This document shows, in pieces, positions 23,398 through 35,895 of a stretch of 40,552 nucleotides of DNA. Each line of letters opens with the position of its first letter. Position 1 is the first letter of the stretch. The notes beneath the pieces are model-generated. The model saw only the letters and a program-made list of their open reading frames with translations. It was not told where the DNA came from and ran no database searches. Source of the DNA: Octopus sinensis. Taxonomy: Eukaryota. The stretch is from NCBI RefSeq assembly GCF_006345805.1, contig NW_021835284.1, positions 1 through 40,552 of the forward strand. The letters are read 5' to 3'. The position numbers and the translations under genes were made by a program.

Positions 23398-24165
23398 GTT
23401 CAGATCGATTAGGAAATTCAGGACAACTGACCAGATATCACGGGGGGGGGGGGAAGAGTCAAATTGAAACAGCAGCATGACTTTTGATGAATATTGTAGT
23501 CCCAGCTGACAAAAATAAAACATCTCTGATAACATGTGAGATATTTATCCAGGAGTGGCTGTGTGGTAAGTAGCTTGTCTACCAACCACATGGTTCCGGG
23601 TTCATTCCCACTGTGTGGCACCTTGGGCAAGTGTCTTCTACTATAGCCACAGGCCGACCAATGCCTTGTGAGTGGATTTGGTAGACGGAAACTGAAAGAA
23701 GCCCGTCGTATATATGTATATATATGCGTGTGTGTGTTTGTGTGTCTGTGTTTGTCCCCCTAGCATTGCTTGACAACCGATGCTGGTGTGTTTATGTCCC
23801 CGTTACTTAGCGGTTCGGCAAAAGAGACCGATAGAATAAGTACTGGGCTTACAAAAGAATAAGTCCCGGTGTCGAGTTGCTCGATTAAAGGTGGTGCTCG
23901 AGCATGGCCGCAGTCAAATGACTGAAACAAGTAAAAGAGTAAAAGAGAGAGAGAGTAAATGTAAAGAGTCGGGAGATGGAAATCAGAAGAATGTGGCATC
24001 TCAAAGCAATAACATTACCTACTCTCAGTAGGGTACTTGGAATGATGTCAAAAAAGAGCAAGTAAATATGTAGACCAAATTCTTGACAGCCCCAAAATAA
24101 CTGAATCACAGAAGATCAGGCTTGTAGGTAATTCACCTATTTCACGTAAATTCCTTTGTGTGTAA
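23398..24165 (+). mobile_element. Decayed R4/Dong-type LINE, restriction-like endonuclease C-terminus, split by a family A SINE
   Basis: Hand translation: VQID*EIQDN*PDIT / LLMNIVVPADKNK / MEIRRMWHLKAITLP...VLGMM / ...SQKIRLVGNSPISRKFLCV*. This follows the RPD..D..P.D.N and EI.RMW...LG..QK..L.G pattern of R4-clade elements. Confidence 0.75.
23551..23956 (+). mobile_element. SINE family A, full length (reference copy)
   Basis: A-box TGGCTGTGTGG, B-box GGTTCATTCCC, central (TA)(TG) tract, (AAAAGAGT)n tail. Confidence 0.95.
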
Positions 24166-24191
24166 AAGCAATCTTAGTCATTTGGTTTTAT

Positions 24192-24955
24192 TGTGCACAC
24201 AGGACAGAGTGTGAATGGTTTAAGTGGGAAGCGGCGAGCTGGCAGAAACGTTAGCACGTCGGGCGAAATGCTTAGCGGTATTTCGTCTGCCGTTACGTTG
24301 TGAGTTCAAATTCTGCCGAGGTCGACTTTACCTTTCATCCTTTCGGGGTCGATAAATTAAGTACCAGTTACGCACTGCGGTCGATGTAATCGACTTAATA
24401 CCTATGTCTGTCCTTGTTTGTCCCTTCTATGTTTAGCCCCTTGTGGGTAATAAAGAAATGGGTTTAAGTGGGAAGCTGGGTATAAGAGGCAGAGGCGTCA
24501 GCTGTTGTGTGCAAGAGAGACGACTGTACTGGTTTGGTGATGTGATGCCTATGGATGAGGACAGGTGTGTGAAGAAGTGCCAAGCTATAATTGCGGAGGG
24601 TACCTGTGGAAGAGGTCAACCCAGGAAAACGTGGGATGAAGTGGTGTGGTGAGTAAGGATCTTCAGATGCTGGGCCACACTGAGGACATGACAAGGGACC
24701 AGGTGTTGTGGCGACCCTGTCATCCATACATACAGGGTTGTCTTTTGTAGATGCCAGGGCCATACTAAATGCAGTCGTGCCAGTGGCACCCAGTACCCTA
24801 TATTAAAGCGGTTGGTGTTAGGAAGGGCATCCAGCCAGAGAAACCATGCCAAAACAGACAATTGGAGCCTGGCCAGCTCCATGTCAAACCATCTAACTCA
24901 TGCCAGCATGGAAAATGAACATTAAAGGATGCTGCTGGTGATGATGATGTTGATG
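24192..24955 (+). mobile_element. RTE-clade LINE 3' end (ORF C-terminus plus 3' UTR)
   Basis: KLGIRG...QERRLYWFGDVMPMDEDRCVKKC...GTCGRGQPRKTWDEVV..KDLQMLG...WR fits the RTE C-terminal RL.W.GHV.R / RGRP..TW motifs; ends in (GAT)n. Confidence 0.8.
24231..24460 (+). mobile_element. SINE family B monomer with target-site duplication
   Basis: Direct repeat ggtttaagtgggaagc at 24217-24232 and 24461-24476. Confidence 0.93.
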
Positions 24956-25233
24956 TAAATTTCATAAAAAGGATTTTTCTTCTTCTTTATAATACACAGA
25001 CATCAGTTTTTTTCAATTGCATGACACCTCACCTGTTCACAGCTTTAGAAATAAAAACCTGTTGCCCTTAATGTCTCTGGTTAAGAACTGGGTCTGACTG
25101 TGTAAAGTGAAGAAAAGGCAAAACAATCTTTTTTACAAGAACAAATGTTCTCAACTAGGGTCCGTATAAGAATTTGTTGTCAAAATGATACACAATCAAC
25201 TGCTTATATTACAACAATATGCAAATTATTTAA

Positions 25234-25454
25234 CCCTTTAGCATTTAAACCGGCCATATCCGGCCAAAAGTATTCTGCCTGTTTTATGTTCAAACTGGCC
25301 AGATCTGGTCTCTCACACCAACCCTACAATATCATCTTGAAAATGAACAGCTACCTCATCAAAATCTCAAAGCTACAAGATAATGCCTGATTAGTTCAAA
25401 ACAATGTGGATGAAAAAGCATTAATTTTGGTAGTATAATGCGGACAATAAAGGG
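25234..25454. mobile_element. Complete piggyBac-like MITE
   Basis: TTAA(25230-33)-CCCTTTA ... TAAAGGG-TTAA(25455-58). Confidence 0.8.
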
Positions 25455-25576
25455 TTAAACATTATTTTCATACAATTCTTTATAATATTTAATCATGAAA
25501 ATGTAATAGGAGTTTTTAGACATCAAATGGCTATGAGGGCCCCACTCCTGAGAAAAATAGAAATCAAAAGGGTCTA

Positions 25577-25735
25577 TCATCATCATCATCATTTAATGTT
25601 TGCTTTCCATGCTGGCATGGGTTGGATGGTTTGACAGGAGCTGGCAAAGTAGGAGCCTGCACCAGATTCTGTGTCTGTTTCCACACAGTTTTTTTTTTTT
25701 ACAGCTGGATGCCCTTCCTAACACCTATCACTCAG
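25577..25735 (-). mobile_element. RTE-like 3' UTR fragment
   Basis: Reverse-complement similarity to 24810-24955 (taggaagggcatccagc, catgccagcatggaaa, (GAT)n tail). Confidence 0.8.
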
Positions 25736-25769
25736 CAGCATAAACAATGGACTGTGCTGTATGTTGTGT

Positions 25770-26028
25770 TACTCTTTTACTTGTTTCAGTCATTTGACTG
25801 TGGCCATGCTGGAGCACCGCCTTTAGTTGAGCAAATCGACCCCCCAGGACTTATTCTTTGTAAGCCTAGTACTTATTCTATCGGTCTCTTTTGTCGAACC
25901 GCTAAGTTGTCAAGCAATGTTGGGGAGACAAACACAGACACACAAACATACACACACACATACATACATACATATATACAACGGGCTTCTTTCAGTTTCT
26001 GTCTACCAAATCCACTCACAAGGCTTTG
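25770..26028 (-). mobile_element. SINE family A, head missing, internal deletion
   Basis: Close match to the reference copy. Confidence 0.9.
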
Positions 26029-26215
26029 AGCAAGACACTTTATTTCACGTTGTACCATCACTGGTGCCAAGCTGTATCAGCCTTTGCCTTCTCCTTGGAT
26101 AACATTGGTGGCGAGGAGAGAGGAGGCTGGTATCCATTGGCGACTGCTCGCCTTCCATAAACAATTTTGCCCAGTCTTGTGAAATCCCACGGTCATTTAT
26201 AACTGAAGGGGTTTT
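26026..26215 (+). mobile_element. SINE family D body and 3' part
   Basis: ttgagcaagacactttatttcacgttg is identical to the reverse complement near 37750-37776. Confidence 0.65.
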
Positions 26216-26439
26216 TTTGGATACAATTAGATAGCCTTGATTAAATGAAGTTTATTTCGTTGTAGGGAGATACATGTTAATACATGATGTGACCTTCTTG
26301 TGTAACTGCCACATGAGCGTAATACATGAACACTGACCAATCAATTTATACATTAATGGATAACATTTTGAGCCACTTTCCTACTTTAAAAAGAAACTAG
26401 TTTTATAAAAACAGCCAGAAGAGACATAATTCACGATAT

Positions 26440-26472
<33 letters not shown>

Positions 26473-27041
26473 TTATACAGCCATATACACACAAATACCC
26501 ATGCACATATATATACACTCACTAATATATGACTCATACCCTTCCACAGACACACCCATACACATAAATATAAATATCTTATTCTCATTAATAAACAACA
26601 ATCAAACTTCAAAATTTGTTTTAGTTTTTTTTTTTTTTTGTTGAAAACAATATGAAATTTAAATTTCAAAAAAAAAAAAACTAAAAAAAAAACTAAATTA
26701 ACACAGAAAAAAAGTCCATAAATTCTGGTGGTATCTTGGTGTATTGCCGTATTTATTTACTGCTAATAATTAACTGGAGGGCAATGGAGAAGTTAAAAAT
26801 CAATTGTTCTAATTTCATGGTAGAACCCCCCCCACCTCCTGTTTTCCCCCCTGCCACAAGAGTGGAATGCAGGGAAGGGAAGAGGAGAGGGGTAAGAGAA
26901 TAGAAGGGAAGGAGGAGAAGAGAATATGTGAGGGGGAGGAGAGAAGGGGGTATGAGGAGGCCAGTTATCCCCTGCGTAATAGTACAGTTAAGTATATACA
27001 TGTGTGTGTGTGTGTATATATATATGTGTGAGTGTGTGTAG

Positions 27042-27073
<32 letters not shown>

Positions 27074-27639
27074 ATATATATACATATATGTGTGTGTGTA
27101 TATGTGTATATATACACATGTGTGTGTGTGTATATGTATGTCTGTGTGTGTGTATATATATATAATGTATGTATGTATCTATATGTATATATATATGTGT
27201 GTGTGTATAATATACACACACACACGTGTACATATACACACACACACACATATATATACATGCACACAAATACATATTTTCACACACATAAATACATACA
27301 CACAGATGTACACATACATACATATATATATATATATATCCACACACACACATACACACATGCATGCGTGCATGTGTAAAGAAAGGAGTGGGGTCGGTGG
27401 GTGGGTGTCGGAGAACAAAAGGAAAAGAAAATGAGGAAAAATGAAAGAACGAATGGAGGTGAGGGGTGGGGGGAAGAAGAAATAAAACAATGGATGCGCA
27501 ATGTCGAAAAATCTCTGGCAGCAATAGTCGGAATACTTAGGAGAAACATGTACAATAACAGAGCGAAAGACTGCTGCTGAGGAAGACACACTAAATAGAA
27601 TTTTGATAAATAGGGGATAACAGTGCAAGTGCCAATGAG

Positions 27640-27895
27640 CGCAAGGTCGTGGTTTCAATTCTGCGACTGGGCATGGCATTGTGTTGTAATCTCGAGCGAA
27701 GCACTTCATTTCACGTTAATTGAGCTCACTCAGCTGTGAAAGAGTGAGCCTTGCATTGCACTAACATTCCGTTCTATGGGAAGTGTTGTCGTCAATGTGT
27801 GGAACCTTGAGCAAGCGTCTTCTCCTATAGTCTCGGGCTGACCAAAAGCCTTGTGAGCGGATCTGGTAGACGGGAAATGAAAGAAGCCTGTCTCA
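27640..27895 (+). mobile_element. Diverged family D fragment followed by a family A fragment
   Basis: ggtttcaattc...gagcgaagcacttcatttcacgtt, then ccttgagcaagcgtcttctcctatag...gaaagaagcc. Confidence 0.6.
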
Positions 27896-27899
27896 TATA

Positions 27900-27930
<31 letters not shown>

Positions 27931-28170
27931 ATATATATACTAAGCAATAAAGGGTTTAGCAACGAATTGCCTTACTACATACCGAATTTAGAAATAGCAG
28001 TCAAAGAGTTATAGCTATTTCTTCTACTAAAAAGGGAGATCTCAGTAAAAACAGCAATTGGAAGGCAGACACAAACAGGGGTCGAATGAGGCTTTTACAT
28101 GCCGAAGACTACTTGGTGTAATTGATATTATTCCAAATTAATTAATTTCACCCTTCATTATTACGGATAA

Positions 28171-28222
<52 letters not shown>

Positions 28223-28301
28223 CGAGAGGCTTCTTTCAGTTTCCGTCTTGTACCATGTTTTGTATTTTAAAAGGCTCACGACTTTTCATACACCTCTCAT
28301 A

Positions 28302-28333
<32 letters not shown>

Positions 28334-28342
28334 ATATCTATA

Positions 28343-28484
28343 TGTAAAAGTAAAAAATATACAAACTGGGACAAGAACGTGAAAACATTTAGAAGACGAC
28401 ACAAAAAACACGGACGGGACTTTCGAAGCCCTCAGTCATCAGTCAAGAACCGGATCATCTTCGCAATTTTGGCTGATTAATCTT
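28343..28484. mobile_element. Second copy of the 19563-19697 repeat
   Basis: ggacaagaacg...cagtcaagaaccggat...gcaattttggctgattaatctt is shared. Confidence 0.6.
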
Positions 28485-28494
28485 ATACATACAT

Positions 28495-28529
<35 letters not shown>

Positions 28530-28534
<5 letters not shown>

Positions 28535-28740
28535 AGACATATATATACATATGTATACAGACATACATACATACACATATATACACAGACATACATACAT
28601 ACACATATATACACAGACATACATACATACACATATATACACAGACATACATACATACACATATATACACAGACATACATACATATATATACATAGACAT
28701 ACATACATATATACAGACGTACATACATACATACATACCT
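28530..28740. repeat. 28-bp minisatellite derived from CA/TA repeats
   Basis: Unit acagacatacatacatacacatatatac at 28557, 28585, 28613, 28641, and partly at 28669. Confidence 0.9.
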
Positions 28741-28775
28741 ACAGGTAAAAAATTAAGGACTGCGCGTGTTACATA

Positions 28776-29110
28776 AATAAGCACCAGCTACGCACTGGGG
28801 TCAATATAGTTGACTTAATCCGTTTGTCTGTCCTTGTTTGTCCTCTCTGTGTTTGGCCCCTTGTGTGGCAGCAAAGAATTAAGAAACTGTAATAAGGCCA
28901 TTGTGTTTGTGTACATAGGTGTTTATATGAGTGTGCATCTGTGTGTAAATATTCATGTGTCTTTGTATCCGTGTTTGTTCCCCACCACTGCTTGACAACC
29001 AGTGTTGGTACGGTTACGGCCCCCGTAACTTAGCAGTTCGGCAAAAGAGACCGACAGAATAAATACCTGGGTTATAAAGGACACAGACAAGGACGTTCAA
29101 AGCTGAAACA
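28776..29110 (+). mobile_element. Family B 3' fragment (28776-28883) and family A 3' fragment (28965-29110)
   Basis: Motifs match the reference copies. Confidence 0.7.
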
Positions 29111-29169
29111 GCAGGATTATGACAAACTGTAACATTGGAATATTATAGTAGAGGTCACTGCATTAACTG

Positions 29170-29686
29170 GGTGGTGGTGGTAGTGGTAAAGGTGTTGGTG
29201 GTAGTATTGGCAGTGGTGGCAGAGTTGATATTGGTGGTGGTGGTGGTAAAGGTGTTGGTGGTAGTTGTGGTAATGGTGGTGGTGATTGTGGTGGTAGAGT
29301 TGGTATTAGTGGTGGTGGTAAAGGTGTTGGTGGTAGTCGTGGCGATGGTGGTGGTGGTGGTTGTACTGGTAGTTTTAATGATGGTAGAGGTGGTATTGGT
29401 CGTAATGGTGTTAGCAGAGATTACTGTGGTGGTGGCAGTAGCAGTGATGGTGGTGGTAATGGTAGTGATGGTGGCGATGGTGACAATGATCACAGTGGTG
29501 GTGGTGATGGTGGTAGTGAGTAGGTGTATGCTGGTGGTCATGGTTGTAGGTAACATTAATGACAACAGTGGTTATGATGGCGGGGAGGGAGGCGGGGGGG
29601 GTCACTGGCCCATGACCTTGGTCACACCAGTAGATAGCCATTAGAATAATTGACAGAGATGGTGGCGCCGGTGGAGACAGCAGCGA

Positions 29687-29720
<34 letters not shown>

Positions 29721-29890
29721 TGCAGGGGCGGTGGAGGTGACAGTGATGATGACAACAACGATGGTGATGCTGGTGCCGGTGAGAGATGGAAATGGTGGGG
29801 GTGGTGGTGGTGGTGGTGGCAGCAGTGGTGATCGATGGAGACTGTAGAGGCAGCAATGATGATGGTGGTGGTGGTGGTAGTAGTGGTGAT
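29170..29890. repeat. Degenerate (GGT/GAT)n tract
   Basis: Seen directly; gtggtaaaggtgttggtggtagt recurs three times. Confidence 0.9.
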
Positions 29891-30059
29891 AGGAAGCAGA
29901 GCAGAGCGAAAGTGGAATGGAGCATGAGGTAGTCGTGGGGGGGGGGGGAGGGGGGGGGGGGGAGAAGTAAGGGAAATATTTGAAGATATCGCACATCCTT
30001 TGCGGAAAACAAATACCTGAGATAAGGGAAAGTCTGATTAAAATTCGACACATCGAGAG

Positions 30060-30090
30060 GATGGGGGGAAGAGAGAGGAGGTGAGAGACT

Positions 30091-30129
<39 letters not shown>

Positions 30130-30500
30130 AGAGGGAGAGAGAGACTGGGAGAGAAGAGAGAGATAGAGAAAGAGACAGAGACTGTGAGAAGAGAAAGGGG
30201 GACAGAGGGAAGAGAGGGACAGACTAAGAGAGGAGAGAGAGTCACGGAGAGAGGAGAAAGAGAGAGACTGGAGAGAAGAGAGAGAAGAGAGAGAGAGATG
30301 TAGAGATAGAGGCTGTGAGAAGAGAAAGAGGGACAGACTAAGAGAGGAGAGAAAGTCATGGAGAGAGAGAGAGAGACAGACTGAGATAAGAGGGAGAGAC
30401 AGAGTAAGAAAGAGAGAGAGAGAGAGATACTGAAAGAGAGAAAACAGAGAGAAGGGGAGACAGTGATAGATAGAGAGTGCGAGAAAGAGAGAAAGAGACA
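30060..30500. repeat. (GA)n polypurine tract with an internal duplication
   Basis: ctgtgagaagagaaag...gggacagactaagagaggagaga..gtca occurs twice. Confidence 0.9.
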
Positions 30501-30889
30501 CAGACACACATATGCACACACACACACGCACACACACACACACAGGTGGAGATTGGGGGGAAGGTGAGTGGGGCGGGGGGGCTAGTTCGTGGAGGCTGAA
30601 TGACAATTATCGCTGATTGGCCTTGTGTGAAAAATAAGTAATCAGGTAAGAAAGGTGTAAATAACGATAAGAAGGTAAAGGATGAGGTGAGGAGAGGAGA
30701 GGTGAGGTGAGGTGAGGTGAGGTGAGGTGAAGGGAGGAGAGAGGGGGAAGAGAAAGATATATGTGGGGAGGGAAGGGGAGGGGGGAGGTTGCAGTCGATG
30801 GAGAGAGAGAGGAAAGAGAAGAGGAAAAAGTGGGTGAAGTGAAGGTGTGTGGAGACAAGGATGGCAGGTAAATAATTATCATCCACAAC

Positions 30890-30963
30890 ACTATATATTA
30901 TATTTGTGTGTGTGTATATATATATATAGATATATATATGTGTGTGTGTGGTATATATATATT

Positions 30964-31011
<48 letters not shown>

Positions 31012-31205
31012 TGTGTGTGTTGTATATTATATATATATATATATATGTGTGGTGTGTGTATATATATATATGTGTGTGTGTATATATATAATATATATAT
31101 ATATGTGTTGTGTGTATATATATATATTGGTGTGTGTATATATATATTAATATAATATATATATATTTGTGTGTGTGTGTGTAATATATATATATGTGGT
31201 GTGTG

Positions 31206-31239
<34 letters not shown>

Positions 31240-31408
31240 ATGTGTGTGTGTGTATTATATATATATGTGTGGTGTGTAGATATATATATGTGTGTGTGTG
31301 TATAATAATATATGTGTTGTGTGTGTATATATAATAATATATATGTGTGTGGGTGTGTGTGTGTATACGTATATATATATTATATGTGTGTGTGTGTGTG
31401 TGTATATG

Positions 31409-31439
<31 letters not shown>

Positions 31440-31455
31440 ATATGTAATATATATA

Positions 31456-31528
<73 letters not shown>

Positions 31529-31530
31529 CT
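30890..31530. repeat. Long compound (TA/TG)n microsatellite
   Basis: Seen directly. Confidence 0.95.
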
Positions 31531-31670
31531 ACATATATTTTGATAATATAGGGCAAGAGAAAGTAGGCTAGCCTCCCTATTATAATCAAATGATAACAAT
31601 TGAACTTGGTATAGTATTTATATGCACATCGGAACATACACACCTATACATAAATACATATATATACACC

Positions 31671-31701
<31 letters not shown>

Positions 31702-31893
31702 CTATATATATATTATATTAGTTTTATACACATATGGGTATTGTATGTGTGAAATGTATGTGTGTGGTGTATATATATATATATATATATAATAGATAGA
31801 TAGATAGATAGAGATAGATATGTGTATGTTTATATACATACACCTTACACATGCATGTGTATATGTTTATGTGTGTGTGTATGTATGTGTATA

Positions 31894-31934
<41 letters not shown>

Positions 31935-32531
31935 GAGAAGAGAGAGAAGAGGAAGAGAGAGGGAGAGAGTGAGAGAGAGATGGCTAGATAGATAATATAC
32001 ACACTGTAAATACATATATATACACACTTATATTGTATGTATGTGTAAGACATATATTATACAGGTATGTATACGCATACACATACACGCACGCATATAT
32101 ATATATATTAGTCTTTATCTATGTACAAGCAGGTGCACTTCTTGTTATTCTTATAGAAGGCCATGTCAAGTGCAACTGAAAGTCAACAATAGAGGACGGG
32201 TGAGAGAGAGAGCAGGAGACAGAGGGAGAAGAGAGAGTGAGAGAGAGAGGAAGAGAAGGAGAGATGGAGAGCTTTTCTTTCACAAAATGCAAGACAGAAA
32301 TAGCACACAAACACAATTCTCTGCTGTCAAAAGACAATGTTGACTGCACATACTGCAGCGACCTGGTGGTGCAGCCGGCGGTGCAGTAAGAATGCACGTG
32401 CAACTGTTGCAAACATAATAATAATAATAATAATGATATTATAATCATCTTGTCATTCAATTGTTTCAGTTGTTGGATCGCGGCCATGCTGGGGCACTGC
32501 CTTGAAGGGTTCGTATTTGAGCAAATCAATG

Positions 32532-33095
32532 CCTATTTCTTTACTACCCACAAGGGGCTAAACAAAGAGAGGACAAACAAGGACAGACAAACGGATTAAG
32601 TCGATTATTTAATCGACCCCAGTGCGTAACTGGTACTTAATTTATCGACCCCGAAAGGATGAAAGGCAAAGTCGACCTGGGCGAAATTTGGACACAAAAC
32701 GTAATGGCAGACAAAATACTTATTTCTTTACTGTCCACAAGGGGCTAAACACAGAGGGGACAAACGGATTAAGTCGATTATATTGACCCCAGTGCGTAAC
32801 TGGTACTTAATTTATCGACCCCGAAAGGATAAAAGGCAAAGTCGACCTGGGCGAAATTTGGACACAAAACGTAACGGCAGACAAAATACTTATTTCTTTA
32901 CTTCCCATAAGGGGGCTAAACACAGAGGACAAACAAGGTCAGACAAACGGATTAAGTCGATTATATCGACCCCAGTGCGTAACTGGTACTTATTTAATCG
33001 ACCCCGAAAGGATGAAAGGCAAAGTCGACCTCGGCTGGAATTTGAACTCAGAACGTAACAGCAGACGAAATACGGCTACGCATTTCGCCCGGCGT
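32532..33095 (-). mobile_element. SINE family B trimer (one head, three modules)
   Basis: tatttcttta recurs at 32534, 32721 and 32891; head remnant catttcgcccggcgt at about 33081-33095. Confidence 0.92.
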
Positions 33096-33122
33096 ATACC
33101 ACTCGTTCGTTTGGTCGCATAT

Positions 33123-33418
33123 TTTTTCAGTCATTTGACTGTGGCCATGCTGGAGCACCACCCTGAAGGGTTCCCAGTCGAAGAAATCGACTCCAGGACT
33201 TATTCTTTGTAAGGCCATTACTTATTTTGTGGGTGTCTTTTGCCGGACTGCTAGGTTACGGGGATGCAAACACACTGAACCTCAGTTGTCAAGCGATGGC
33301 AGTGGGGACAAACAGACACAAAGACACACACACACAAATATATACGACAGGCTTCTTTCAGTTTCCGTCTACCAAATCCACTCACAACGCTTAGGTCAGC
33401 TTGAGGCTATAGTAGAAG
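33123..33418 (-). mobile_element. SINE family A, head missing
   Basis: Matches the reference copy. Confidence 0.88.
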
Positions 33419-34289
33419 TGTGTGTGTGTGTGTGTGTGGAAACAAGAGATTGGTAAAATGAGTATCAAGCTTTAAGCAGAGAATAAAACAGAATGCTGAG
33501 ATTGGTGCATTCGACTAAGATCTTCAGCACAGTGCCCCAGCATGGCCACGACGCAATGCTTGAAACAAGTAAGTGAGAGATAAAAAAAAATAGACAAAGT
33601 TATGCCACTGAAGACAGAGCTAGGTGGAGGATCGCCAACAGGGGGGGGGTCATATAAATCAGGAAGCTCAACCAAAGGACATAAGTGTATCTTGGACTAC
33701 GTCTTCTTCAACGTCACCTTCCTTCCTTACCATTCCAAGTTGCTTGCAAGTAATGGTTGGTCTTAAAACACCTGAGAATAGAACATTTCTTTGATTTCCC
33801 AAGAAGTGTGTGTGTGTGTGTGTGTGTGCATGGATGCTTTACTCTGTGTGTCTGTGAGTGTGTGTGTACATTTCTCTGTGCGTCTGTGAGTGTGTGTTTG
33901 TGTGTGTGTGTGTTTATGAATGTGCATGTAAGATAGGGGGAATATGTTTTCTCTATCTGCATGAGCACGTGAGTGTGGGTTTGTATGTGTTTGTGGGGAT
34001 TTGTATGTGTGTGTGTGGGTTTGTATGTGTGTGTGTGTGTGTGGGTTTGTGTGAATGTGAGCTCATCTGAGAGTGGTTCTTTGAGTGTGTGCTTCTCTCT
34101 GCATGTATGTGTATGTACTTTTCTGTGTGTGTGTGTGTGCATGTAATTCAACGTAAAAATCACACACACACACACAGACGTGTACTTTAATGCAAAAGTA
34201 ATTTAGCAACATATTTTAGTTCTTAAAATCCTAAAATTCTTGTTGCTAATTTTATATGAAATAATAACATGTGAACTATTTTGGTCGCA

Positions 34290-34409
34290 AAACACACACA
34301 TACATATATACACAACTTACATTTATACATGCACACATATATACATGTGTGCGTGTATATATATATACAAATATGCACATATGCATATATATACATATAT
34401 ATACATGCA

Positions 34410-34443
<34 letters not shown>

Positions 34444-34513
34444 CATACATACATAGATACATATATATACATACATATACATTATGGGAATTCTTCCATA
34501 CATACATACATAC

Positions 34514-34546
<33 letters not shown>

Positions 34547-34729
34547 CTTACATACATATATATACATACATACATATATATACATACATACATACATATA
34601 TATACATATATATATATACATACATACATATATATACATACATACATACATATATATACATACATACATACATATATATACATACATACATACATATATA
34701 TATACATATATATACATACATATATATAC

Positions 34730-34782
<53 letters not shown>

Positions 34783-34850
34783 CATGCATACGTACATATA
34801 TATACATATATATACATACATGCATACGTACATCCACAGATATAAATACT
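34290..34850. repeat. (TACA/TA)n compound microsatellite
   Basis: Seen directly. Confidence 0.95.
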
Positions 34851-35223
34851 CACTCACAAGCAGGTTCACCTTTACACACACACACACACACACCAACCTA
34901 TATACACAGCCATATAATGTGAAGCAATACCTATTAACCTGACGCGTTGTGTTGTTTGTTTATTTTTCCCAAAGAGATACGCCTGACTATTGAGAGAGAA
35001 ACAGCAAAGGAGAGCAAGAAGGAAGAGCACTGTCCCTGCATGCATGCATGTGCCTGTGTGTGTGCGTGTGTGTCTCCGGAGAGGGAGGTGTAGCGGAGGG
35101 GTCGGCCAGGCTCTCATTCCTTTGATAGGTGAAGTATGAAGACAGGCGGCTGATATTTATGATCACAAGGGATGCCTTTTTTTTCCCACTCACTGTTGTT
35201 ACTATTATTGTATTGTAGTAGTG

Positions 35224-35270
<47 letters not shown>

Positions 35271-35426
35271 GGTGGTGAAGTGGGTGGCAGCAGTGATTGA
35301 GGAGGTTGGCAGAGAGAGCAATGTAACAGGACAGACAAGAGAGATAGATAGAAAGACAGAGACAAACAGACAGGTAGAGAGAGAGAGAGAGAGAGAGAGA
35401 TAGTGATAGATAGATAGATAGAGAGA

Positions 35427-35457
<31 letters not shown>

Positions 35458-35535
35458 TGATAGATAGATAGACAGATGGGTAGTCAGACAGACAGACAAA
35501 TAGACAAACAGACAGACAGACAGACAGATAGATAG

Positions 35536-35572
<37 letters not shown>

Positions 35573-35587
35573 TGATAATAATAATAA

Positions 35588-35801
35588 TCCTTTCTACTGT
35601 AGGCACAAGGCCTGAAATTTGAGGGAAGTGGGGTTAGTTGATTACATCGACCCCAGTGTTCAACTGGTACTTAATTTGTCAACCTCGAAAGGATGAAAGG
35701 CAAAGTCAACCTCGGCAGAATTTGAACTCAGAACATAGCGACGGGTGAAATTCTGCAAAGCATTTCAACCCAGTGTGCCAATGATTCTGCCAGCTCACCA
35801 C
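35588..35801 (-). mobile_element. SINE family B monomer in (AAT)n
   Basis: Same structure as the array units at 22405-23396. Confidence 0.9.
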
Positions 35802-35895
35802 AATAATAATAATAATAATAATAACAATAATAATAATAATAATAATAATAATGGGAAGAAGAAAGAGAATTGAAGATTATTAATAATAATAATAT

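Noticed and set aside
28083-28110. CGAAUGA-GGC/GCC-GAAG hammerhead-like remnant
   Set aside because: Three core mismatches and no stem I; cannot be supported without a consensus.
28410-28447. CUGAUGA...GAAA on the minus strand as a third hammerhead
   Set aside because: Stems I and III cannot form, and the sister copy near 19630 has GAAU.
29135-29644. Poly-Val membrane-like or poly-Thr mucin-like ORFs
   Set aside because: Both are readings of a degenerate (GGT)n tract, like 3230-3990, with no splice or domain support.
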